Assembly: GCA_964057225.1 (NCBI GenBank)
Contig: OZ059898.1
Location: forward strand, 17,608,001 to 17,672,000
Reading direction: 5' to 3'
Origin: Auanema rhodensis
Lineage: Eukaryota; Animalia; Nematoda
DNA: 64,000 nucleotides
Below are positions 40,936 through 52,900 of this stretch, one piece after another. The notes under the pieces are model-generated. The model was not told where the DNA came from. It did not search any database and saw only the letters and a list, made by a program, of their open reading frames with translations. Position numbers and translations under genes: made by a program. Each line of letters begins with the position of its first letter. The stretch's first letter is position 1.

Positions 40936-43900
40936 ATTAATTTTTTCGTTGAATAACATTGTCCATCGTCTTTGCCTTGAAAAAAGGAATCTAAAAACAT
41001 CTACTTTTTGCTAAATTATTCTGAAATTTTTCGAAAAAATTTTTGTCAAAATGTTTTTGGAAGCAATGTTGAGTGTACATGGAAACTCAACATACACTAA
41101 TGCATCATTTTTCAAACGATCATAACTAATTTTTGTATTAAGCGTTTCTCCATGTAGTATAGTGCATTTGATGCGGATTTTTAAGCTGCGTCGATCTGTG
41201 TTATCAGATTTGCGCTAGCTTAAAAATGCACCGAGATATCAACTGATATAAGTTCACACTTATATCCTCGATTTTCACCCTGAAGAATTAATTTTTTCGT
41301 TGAATAACATTGTCCATCGTCTTTGCCTTGAAAAACGAAATCTGAAAACATCTACTTTTTGCTAAATTATTTTGAAATTTTTCGAAAAAATTTTTGTCAA
41401 AATGTTTTTGGAAGCAATGTTGAGTGTACATGGAAACTCAACATACACTAATGCATCATTTTTCAAACGATCATAACTAATTTTTGTATTAAGCGTATCT
41501 CAATGTAGTATAGTGCATTCGATGCGGATTTTTAAGCTGCGTCGATCTGTGTTATCAGATTTGCGCTAGCTTAAAAATGCACCGAGATATCAACTGATAT
41601 AAGTTCACACTTATATCCTCGATTTTCACCCTGAAGAAAAAATTTTTTCGTTGAATAACATTGTCCATCGTCTTTGCCTTGAAAAAAGGAATCTAAAAAC
41701 ATCTACTTTTTGCTAAATTATTTTGAAATTTTTCGAAAAAATTTTTGTCAAAATGTTTTTGGAAGCAATGTTGAGTGTACATGGAAACTCAACATACACT
41801 AATGCATCATTTTTCAAACGATCATAACTAATTTTTGTATTAAGCGTATCTCAATGTAGTATAGTGCATTTGATGCGGATTTTTAAGCTGCGTCGATCTG
41901 TGTTATCAGATTTGCGCTAGCTTAAAAATGCACCGAGATATCAACTGATATAAGTTCACACTTATATCCTCGATTTTCACCCTGAAGAAATAATTTTTTC
42001 GTTGAATAACATTGTCCATCTTCTTTGCCTTGAAAAAAGGAATCTAAAAACATCTACTTTTTGCTAAATTATTTTGAAGTTTTTCGAAAAAATTTTTGTC
42101 AAAATGTTTTTGGAAGCAATGTTGAGTGTACATGGAAACTCAACATACACTAATGCATCATTTTTCAAACGATCATAACTAATTTTTGTATTAAGCGTAT
42201 CTCAATGTAGTATAGTGCATTTGATGCGGATTTTTAAGCTGCGTCGATCTGTGTTATCAGATTTGCGCTAGCTTAAAAATGCACCGAGATATCAACTGAT
42301 ATAAGTTCACACTTATATCCTCGATTTTCACCCTGAAGAATTAATTTTTTCGTTGAATAACATTGTCCATCGTCTTTGCCTTGAAAAAAGGAATCTAAAA
42401 ACATCTACTTTTTGCTAAATTATTCTGAAATTTTTCGAAAAAATTTTTGTCAAAATGTTTTTGGAAGCAATGTTGAGTGTACATGGAAACTCAACATACA
42501 CTAATGCATCATTTTTCAAACGATCATAACTAATTTTTGTATTAAGCGTTTTTCAATGTAGTATAGTGCATTCGATGCGGATTTTTAAGCTGCGTCGATC
42601 TGTGTTATCAGATTTGCGCTAGCTTAAAAATGCACCGAGATATCAACTGATATAAGTTCACACTTATATCCTCGATTTTCACCCTGAAGAAATAATTTTT
42701 TCGTTGAATAACATTGTCCATCGTCTTTGCCTTGAAAAAGGAATCTAAAAACATCTACTTTTTGCTAAATTATTCTGAAATTTTTCGAAAAAATTTTTGT
42801 CAAAATGTTTTTGGAAGCAATGTTGAGTGTACATGGAAACTCAACATACACTAATGCATCATTTTTCAAACGATCATAACTAATTTTTGTATTAAGCGTT
42901 TCTCAATGTAGTAAAGTGCATTCGATGCGGATTTTTAAGCTGCGTCGATCTGTGTTATCAGATTTGCGCTAGCTTAAAAATGCACCGAGACATCAACTGA
43001 TATAAGTTCACACTTATATCCTCGATTTTCACCCTGAAGAATTACTTTTTTCGTTGAATAACATTGTCCATCGTCTTTGCCTTGAAAAAAGGAATCTAAA
43101 AACATCTACTTTTTGCTAAATTATTTTGAAATTTTTCGAAAAAATTTTTGTCAAAATGTTTTTGGAAGCAATGTTGAGTGTACATGGAAACTCAACATAC
43201 ACTAATGCATCATTTTTCAAACGATCATAACTAATTTTTGTATTAAGCGTTTCTCAATGTAGTATAGTGCATTTGATGCGGATTGTTAAGCTGCGTCGAT
43301 CTGTGTTATCAGATTTGCGCTAGCTTAAAAATGCACCGAGATATCAACTGATATAAGTTCACACTTATATCCTCGATTTTCACCCTGAAGAATTTATTTT
43401 TTCGTTGAATAACATTGTCCATCGTCTTTGCCTTGAAAAAAGGAATCTAAAAACATCTACTTTTTGCTAAATTATTTTGAAATTTTTCGAAAAAATTTTT
43501 GTCAAAATGTTTTTGGAAGCAATGTTGAGTGTACATGGAAACTCAACATACACTAATGCATCATTTTTCAAACGATCATAACTAATTTCTGTATTAAGCG
43601 TTTCTCAATGTAGTATAGTGCATTCGATGCGGATTTTTAAGCTGCGTCGATCTGTGTTATCAGATTTGGGCTAGCTTAAAAATGCACCGAGATATCAACT
43701 GATATAAGTTCACACTTATATCCTCGATTTTCACCCTGAAGAATTAATTTTTTCGTTGAATAACATTGTCCATCGTCTTTGCCTTGAAAAAAGGAATCTA
43801 AAAACATCTACTTTTTGCTAAATTATTCTGAAAGTTTTCGAAAAAATTTTTGTCAAAATGTTTTTGGAAGCAATGTTGAGTGTACATGGAAACTCAACAT

Positions 43901-46900
43901 ACACTAATGCATCATTTTTCAAACGATCACAACTAATTTTTGTATAAAGCGTTTCTCAATGTAGTATAGTGCATTCGATGCGGATTTGTAAGCTGCGTCG
44001 ATCTGTGTTATCAGATTTGCGCTAGCTTAAAAATGCACCGAGATATCAACTGATACAAGTTCACACTTATATCCTCGATTTTCACCCTGAAGAAATAATT
44101 TTTTCGTTGAATAACATTGTCCATCGTTTTTGCCTTGAAAAAAGGAATCTAAAAACATCTACTTTTTGCTAAATTATTCTGAAATTTTTCGAAAAAATTT
44201 TTGTCAAAATGTTTTTGGAAGCAATGTTGAGTGTACATGGAAACTCAACATACACTAATGCATCATTTTTCAAACGATCACAACTAATTTTTGTATAAAG
44301 CGTTTCTCAATGTAGTATAGTGCATTCGATGCGGATTTGTAAGCTGCGTCGATCTGTGTTATCAGATTTGCGCTAGCTTAAAAATGCACCGAGATATCAA
44401 CTGATACAAGTTCACACTTATATCCTCGATTTTCACCCTGAAGAAATAATTTTTTCGTTGAATAACATTGTCCATCGTCTTTGCCTTGAAAAAAGGAATC
44501 TAAAAACATCTACTTTTTGCTAAATTATTCTGAAATTTTTCGAAAAAATTTTTGTCAAAATGTTTTTGGAAGCAATGTTGAGTGTACATGGAAACTCAAC
44601 ATACACTAATGCATCATTTTTCAAACGATCATAACTAATTTTTGTATTAAGCGTTTCTCAATGTAGTAAAGTGCATTCGATGCGGATTTTTAAGCTGCGT
44701 CGATCTGTGTTATCAGATTTGCGCTAGCTTAAAAATGCACCGAGACATCAACTGATATAAGTTCACACTTATATCCTCGATTTTCACCCTGAAGAATTTA
44801 TTTTTTCGTTGAATAACATTGTCCATCGTCTTTGCCTTGAAAAAAGGAATCTAAAAACATCTACTTTTTGCTAAATTATTCTGAAATTTTTCGAAAAAAT
44901 TTTTGTCAAAATGTTTTTGGAAGCAATGTTGAGTGTACATGGAAACTCAACATACACTAATGCATCATTTTTCAAACGATCATAACTAATTTCTGTATTA
45001 AGCGTTTCTCAATGTAGTATAGTGCATTCGATGCGGATTTTTAAGCTGCGTCGATCTGTGTTATCAGATTTGCGCTAGCTTAAAAATGCACCGAGACATC
45101 AACTGATATAAGTTCACACTTATATCCTCGATTTTCACCCTGAAGAAATAATTTTTTCGTTGAATAACATTGTCCATCGTCTTTGCCTTGAAAAACGAAA
45201 TCTGAAAACATCTACTTTTTGCTAAATTATTTTGAAATTTTTCGAAAAAATTTTTGTCAAAATGTTTTTGGAAGCAATGTTGAGTGTACATGGAAACTCA
45301 ACATACACTAATGCATCATTTTTCAAACAATCATAACTAATTTTTGTATTAAGCGTTTCTCAATGTAGAATAGTGCATTCGATGCGGATTTTTAAGCTGC
45401 GTCGATCTGTGTTATCAGATTTGGGCTAGCTTAAAAATGCACCGAGATATCAACTGATATAAGTTCACACTTATATCCTCGATTTTCACCCTGAAGAATT
45501 AATTTTTTCGTTGAATAACATTGTCCATCGTCTTTGCCTTGAAAAAAGGAATCTAAAAACATCTACTTTTTGCTAAATTATTCTGAAAGTTTTCGAAAAA
45601 ATTTTTGTCAAAATGTTTTTGGAAGCAATGTTGAGTGTACATGGAAACTCAACATACACTAATGCATCATTTTTCAAACGATCACAACTAATTTTTGTAT
45701 AAAGCGTTTCTCAATGTAGTATAGTGCATTCGATGCGGATTTGTAAGCTGCGTCGATCTGTGTTATCAGATTTGCGCTAGCTTAAAAATGCACCGAGATA
45801 TCAACTGATACAAGTTCACACTTATATCCTCGATTTTCACCCTGAAGAAATAATTTTTTCGTTGAATAACATTGTCCATCGTTTTTGCCTTGAAAAAAGG
45901 AATCTAAAAACATCTACTTTTTGCTAAATTATTCTGAAATTTTTCGAAAAAATTTTTGTCAAAATGTTTTTGGAAGCAATGTTGAGTGTACATGGAAACT
46001 CAACATACACTAATGCATCATTTTTCAAACGATCATAACTAATTTCTGTATTGAACGTTTCTCAATGTAGTATAGTGCATTCGATGCGGATTTTTAAGCT
46101 GCGTCGATCTGTGTTATCAGATTTGCGCTAGCTTAAAAATGCACCGAGACATCAACTGATATAAGTTCACACTTATATCCTCGATTTTCACCCTGAAGAA
46201 TTAATTTTTTCGTTGAATAACATTGTCCATCGTCTTTGCCTTGAAAAACGAAATCTGAAAACTTCTACTTTTTGCTAAATTATTTTGAAATTTTTCGAAA
46301 AAATTTTTGTCAAAATGTTTTTGGAAGCAATGTTGAGTGTACATGGAAACTCAACATACACTAATGCATCATTTTTCAAACAATCATAACTAATTTTTGT
46401 ATTAAGCGTTTCTCAATGTAGAATAGTGCATTCGATGCAGTTTTGTAAGCTGCGTCGATCTGTTTGATCAGATTTGGGCTAGCTTAAAAATGCACCGAGA
46501 TATCAACTGATATAAGTTCACACTTATATCCTCCATTTTCACCCTGAAGAATTAATTTTTTCGTTGAATAACATTGTCCATCGTCTTTGCCTTGAAAAAA
46601 GGAATCTAAAAACATCTACTTTTTGCTAAATTATTCTGAAATTTTTCGAAAAAATTTTTGTCAAAATGTTTTTGGAAGCAATGTTGAGTGTACATGGAAA
46701 CTCAACATACACTAATGCATCATTTTTCAAACGATCATAACTAATTTTTGTATTAAGCGTTTCTCAATGTAGTATAGTGCATTCGATGCGGATTTTTAAG
46801 CTGCGTCGATCTGTGTTATCAGATTTGCGCTAGCTTAAAAATGCACCGAGATATCAACTGATATAAGTTCACACTTATATCCTCGATTTTCACCCTGAAG

Positions 46901-49900
46901 AATTAATTTTTTCGTTGAATAACATTGTCCATCGTCTTTGCCTTGAAAAACGAAATCTGAAAACATCTACTTTTTGCTAAATTATTTTGAAATTTTTCGA
47001 AAAAATTTTTGTCAAAATGTTTTTGGAAGCAATGTTGAGTGTACATGGAAACTCAACATACACTAATGCATCATTTTTCAAACGATCACAACTAATTTTT
47101 GTATAAAGCGTTTCTCAATGTAGTATAGTGCATTCGATGCGGATTTGTAAGCTGCGTCGATCTGTGTTATCAGATTTGCGCTAGCTTAAAAATGCACCGA
47201 GATATCAACTGATACAAGTTCACACTTATATCCTCGATTTTCACCCTGAAGAATTAATTTTTTCGTTGAATAACATTGTCCATCGTCTTTGCCTTGAAAA
47301 AGGAATCTAAAAACATTTACTTTTTGCTAAATTATTTTGAAATTTTTCGAAAAAATTTTTGTCAAAATGTTTTTGGAAGCAATGTTGAGTGTACATGGAA
47401 ACTCAACATACACTAATGCATCATTTTTCAAACGATCATAACTAATTTCTGTATTGAACGTTTCTCAATGTAGTATAGTGCATTCGATGCGGATTTTTAA
47501 GCTGCGTCGATCTGTGTTATCAGATTTGCGCTAGCTTAAAAATGCACCGAGACATCAACTGATATAAGTTCACACTTATATCCTCGATTTTCACCCTGAA
47601 GAATTAATTTTTTCGTTGAATAACATTGTCCATCGTCTTTGCCTTGAAAAACGAAATCTGAAAACTTCTACTTTTTGCTAAATTATTTTGAAATTTTTCG
47701 AAAAAATTTTTGTCAAAATGTTTTTGGAAGCAATGTTGAGTGTACATGGAAACTCAACATACACTAATGCATCATTTTTCAAACGATCACAACTAATTTT
47801 TGTATAAAGCGTTTCTCAATGTAGTATAGTGCATTCGATGCAGATTTGTAAGCTGCGTCGATCTGTGTTATCAGATTTGCGCTAGCTTAAAAATGCACCG
47901 AGATATCAACTGATATAAGTTCACACTTATATCCTCCATTTTCACCCTGAAGAATTTATTTTTTCGTTGAATAACATTGTCCATCGTCTTTGCCTTGAAA
48001 GAAGGAATCTAAAAACATCTACTTTTTGCTAAATTATTCTGAAATTTTTCGAAAAAATTTTTGTCAAAATGTTTTTGGAAGCAATGTTGAGTGTACATGG
48101 AAACTCAACATACACTAATGCATCATTTTTCAAACAATCATAACTAATTTTTGTATTAAGCGTTTCTCAATGTAGAATAGTGCATTCGATGCAGTTTTGT
48201 AAGCTGCGTCGATCTGTTTGATCAGATTTGGGCTAGCTTAAAAATGCACCGAGATATCAACTGATATAAGTTCACACTTATATCCTCGATTTTCTCCCTG
48301 AAGAATTAATTTTTTCGTTGAATAACATTGTCCATCGTCTTTGCCTTAAAAAAAGGAATCTAAAAACATCTACTTTTTGCTAAATTATTCTGAAATTTTT
48401 CGAAAAAATTTTTGTCAAAATGTTTTTGGAAGCAATGTTGAGTGTACATGGAAACTCAACATACACTAATGCATCATTTTTCAAACGATCATAACTAATT
48501 TTTGTATTAAGCGTTTCTCAATGCAGTATAGTGCATTCGATGCGGATTTTTAAGCTGCGTCGATCTGTGTTGTCAGATTTGCGCTAGCTTAAAAATGCAC
48601 CGAGACATCAACTGATATAAGTTCACACTTATATCCTCGATTTTCACCCTGAAGAAATAATTTTTTCGTTGAATAACATTGTCCATCGTCTTTGCCTTGA
48701 AAGAAGGAATCTAAAAACATCTACTTTTTGCTAAATTATTCTGAAATTTTTCGAAAAAATTTTTGTCAAAATGTTTTTGGAAGCAATGTTGAGTGTACAT
48801 GGAAACTCAACATACACTAATGCATCATTTTTCAAACGATCATAACTAATTTTTGTATTAAGCGTTTCTCAATGTAGTATAGTGCATTCGATGCGGATTT
48901 TTAAGCTGCGTCGATCTGTGTTATCAGATTTGCGCTAGCTTAAAAATGCACCGAGATATCAACTGATATAAGTTCACACTTATATCCTCGATTTTCACCC
49001 TGAAGAATTAATTTTTTCGTTGAATAACATTGTCCATCGTCTTTGCCTTGAAAAAAAAATCTAAAAACATCTACTTTTTGCTAAATTATTTTGAAATTTT
49101 TCGAAAAAATTTTTGTCAAAATGTTTTTGGAAGCAATGTTGAGTGTACATGGAAACTCAACATACACTAATGCATCATTTTTCAAACAATCATAACTAAT
49201 TTTTGTATTAAGCGTTTCTCAATGTAGAATAGTGCATTCGATGCAGTTTTGTAAGCTGCGTCGATCTGTTTGATCAGATTTGGGCTAGCTTAAAAATGCA
49301 CCGAGATATCAACTGATATAAGTTCACACTTATATCCTCGATTTTCTCCCTGAAGAATTAATTTTTTCGTTGAATAACATTGTCCATCGTCTTTGCCTTA
49401 AAAAAAGGAATCTAAAAACATCTACTTTTTGCTAAATTATTCTGAAATTTTTCGAAAAAATTTTTGTCAAAATGTTTTTGGAAGCAATGTTGAGTGTACA
49501 TGGAAACTCAACATACACTAATGCATCATTTTTCAAACGATCATAACTAATTTTTGTATTAAGCGTTTCTCAATGCAGTATAGTGCATTCGATGCGGATT
49601 TTTAAGCTGCGTCGATCTGTGTTGTCAGATTTGCGCTAGCTTAAAAATGCACCGAGACATCAACTGATATAAGTTCACACTTATATCCTCGATTTTCACC
49701 CTGAAGAAATAATTTTTTCGTTGAATAACATTGTCCATCGTCTTTGCCTTGAAAGAAGGAATCTAAAAACATCTACTTTTTGCTAAATTATTCTGAAATT
49801 TTTCGAAAAAATTTTTGTCAAAATGTTTTTGGAAGCAATGTTGAGTGTACATGGAAACTCAACATACACTAATGCATCATTTTTCAAACGATCATAACTA

Positions 49901-52900
49901 ATTTTTGTATTAAGCGTTTCTCAATGTAGTATAGTGCATTCGATGCGGATTTTTAAGCTGCGTCGATCTGTGTTATCAGATTTGCGCTAGCTTAAAAATG
50001 CACCGAGATATCAACTGATATAAGTTCACACTTATATCCTCGATTTTCACCCTGAAGAATTAATTTTTTCGTTGAATAACATTGTCCATCGTCTTTGCCT
50101 TGAAAACAAAATCTAAAAACATCTACTTTTTGCTAAATTATTTTGAAATTTTTCGAAAAAATTTTTGTCAAAATGTTTTTGGAAGCAATGTTGAGTGTAC
50201 ATGGAAACTCAACATACACTAATGCATCATTTTTCAAACGATCATAACTAATTTCTGTATTAAGCGTTTCTCAATGTAGTATAGTGCATTCGATGCGGAT
50301 TTTTAAGCTGCGTCGATCTGTGTTGTCAGATTTGCGCTAGCTTAAAAATGCACCGAGACATCAACTGATACAAGTTCACACTTATATCCTCGATTTTCAC
50401 CCTGAAGAATTAATTTTTTCGTTGAATAACATTGTCCATCGTCTTTGCCTTGAAAAAAGGAATCTAAAAACATTTACTTTTTGCTAAATTATTTTGAAAT
50501 TTTTCGAAAAAATTTTTGTCAAAATGTTTTTGGAAGCAATGTTGAGTGTACATGGAAACTCAACATACACTATTGCATCATTTTTCAAACGATCATAACT
50601 AATTTTTGTATTAAGCGTTTCTCAATGTAGTATAGTGCATTCGATGCGGATTTTTAAGCTGCGTCGATCTGTGTTATCAGATTTGCGCTAGCTTAAAAAT
50701 GCACCGAGACATCAACTGATATAAGTTCACACTTATATCATCGATTTTCACCCTGAAGAAATAATTTTTTCGTTGAATAACATTGTCCATCGTTTTTGCA
50801 TTGAAAAAAGGAATCTAAAAACATCTACTTTTTGCTAAATTATTTTGAAATTTTTCGAAAAAATTTTTGTCAAAATGTTTTTGGAAGCAATGTTGAGTGT
50901 ACATGGAAACTCAACATACACTAATGCATCATTTTTCAAACGATCATAACTAATTTTTGTATCAAGCGTTTCTCAATGTAGTATAGTGAATTCGATGCGG
51001 ATTTTTAAGCTGCGTCGATCTGTGTTATCAGATTTGCGCTAGCTTAAAAATGCACCGAGACATCAACTGATACAAGTTCACACTTATATCCTCGATTTTC
51101 ACCCTGAAGAATTAATTTTTTCGTTGAATAACATTGTCCATCGTCTTTGCCTTGAAAAAAGGAATCTAAAAACATTTACTTTTTGCTAAATTATTTTGAA
51201 ATTTTTCGAAAAAATTTTTGTCAAAATGTTTTTGGAAGCAATGTTGAGTGTACATGGAAACTCAACATACACTATTGCATCATTTTTCAAACGATCATAA
51301 CTAATTTTTGTAGTAAGCGTTTCTCAATGTAGTATAGTGCATTCGATGCGGATTTTTGAGCTGCGTCGATCTGTGTTATCAGATTTGCGCTAGCTTAAAA
51401 ATGCACCGAGACATCAACTGATATAAGTTCACACTTATATCCTCGATTTTCACCCTGAAGAAATAATTTTTTCGTTGAATAACATTGTCCATCGTCTTTG
51501 CCTTGAAAGAAGGAATCTAAAAACATCTACTTTTTGCTAAATTATTCTGAAATTTTTCGAAAAAATTTTTGTCAAAATGTTTTTGGAAGCAATGTTGAGT
51601 GTACATGGAAACTCAACATACACTAATGCATCATTTTTCAAACGATCATAACTAATTTTTGTATCGAAGATTTCTCACTGTAATATAGTGCTTTTGATGC
51701 GGATTTTTAAGCTGCGTCGATCTGTGTTATCAGATTTGCCCTTGCTTAAAAATGCACCGAGAAATCAACTGATATAAGTTCACACTTATATCCTCGATTT
51801 TCACCCTGAAGAATTAATTTTTTCGTTGAATAACATTGTCCATCGTCTTTGCCTTGAAAAAAGGAATCTAAAAACATTTACTTTTTGCTAAATTATTTTG
51901 AAATTTTTCGAAAAAATTTTTGTCAAAATGTTTTTGGAAGCAATGTTGAGTGTACATGGAAACTCAACATACACTATTGCATCATTTTTCAAACGATCAT
52001 AACTAATTTTTGTATTAAGCGTTTCTCAATGTAGTATAGTGCATTCGATGCGGATTTTTAAGCTGCGTCGATCTGTGTTGTCAGATTTGCGCTAGCTTAA
52101 AAATGCACCGAGACATCAACTGATATAAGTTCACACTTATATCCTCGATTTTCACCCTGAAGAATTAATTTTTTCGTTGAATAACATTGTCCATCGTCTT
52201 TGCCTTGAAAAAAAAATCTAAAAACATCTACTTTTTGCTAAATTATTTTGAAATTTTTCGAAAAAATTTTTGTCAAAATGTTTTTGGAAGCAATGTTGAG
52301 TGTACATGGAAACTCAACATACACTAATGCATCATTTTTCAAACGATCATAACTAATTTTTGTATTAAGCGTTTCTCAATGTAGTATAGTGCATTCGATG
52401 CGGATTTTTAAGCTGCGTCGATCTGTGTTGTCAGATTTGCGCTAGCTTAAAAATGCACCGAGACATCAACTGATATAAGTTCACACTTATATCCTCGATT
52501 TTCACCCTGAAGAAAAAATTTTTTCGTTGAATAACATTGTCCATCGTCTTTGCCTTGAAAGAAGGAATCTAAAAACATCTACTTTTTGCTAAATTATTCT
52601 GAAATTTTTCGAAAAAATTTTTGTCAAAATGTTTTTGGAAGCAATGTTGAGTGTACATGGAAACTCAACATACACTAATGCATCATTTTTCAAACGATCA
52701 TAACTAATTTTTGTATTAAGCGTTTCTCAATGTAGTATAGTGCATTCGATGCGGATTTTTAAGCTGCGTCGATCTGTGTTGTCAGATTTGCGCTAGCTTA
52801 AAAATGCACCGAGACATCAACTGATACAAGTTCACACTTATATCCTCGATTTTCACCCTGAAGAATTAATTTTTTCGTTGAATAACGTTGTCCATCGTCT

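Larger units (their letters stand above)
35164..41287. repeat. 3020-bp tandem duplication (5 satellite monomers + Merlin element + TSD)
   Basis: Rare satellite variants recur at +3020: ATTTTTTTGT at 35251/38271, TTTTTGAACG at 35771/38791 and CTCCATG near 38131/41151. Identity breaks at 35163 vs 38183 and at 38268 vs 41288. Confidence 0.93.

Noticed and set aside
45064-45291. 75-aa minus-strand ORF
   Set aside because: It lies wholly within a satellite monomer. It is open only because the TCTAAA>TCTGAA variant removes a stop present in most copies, and it has no protein-like motif.
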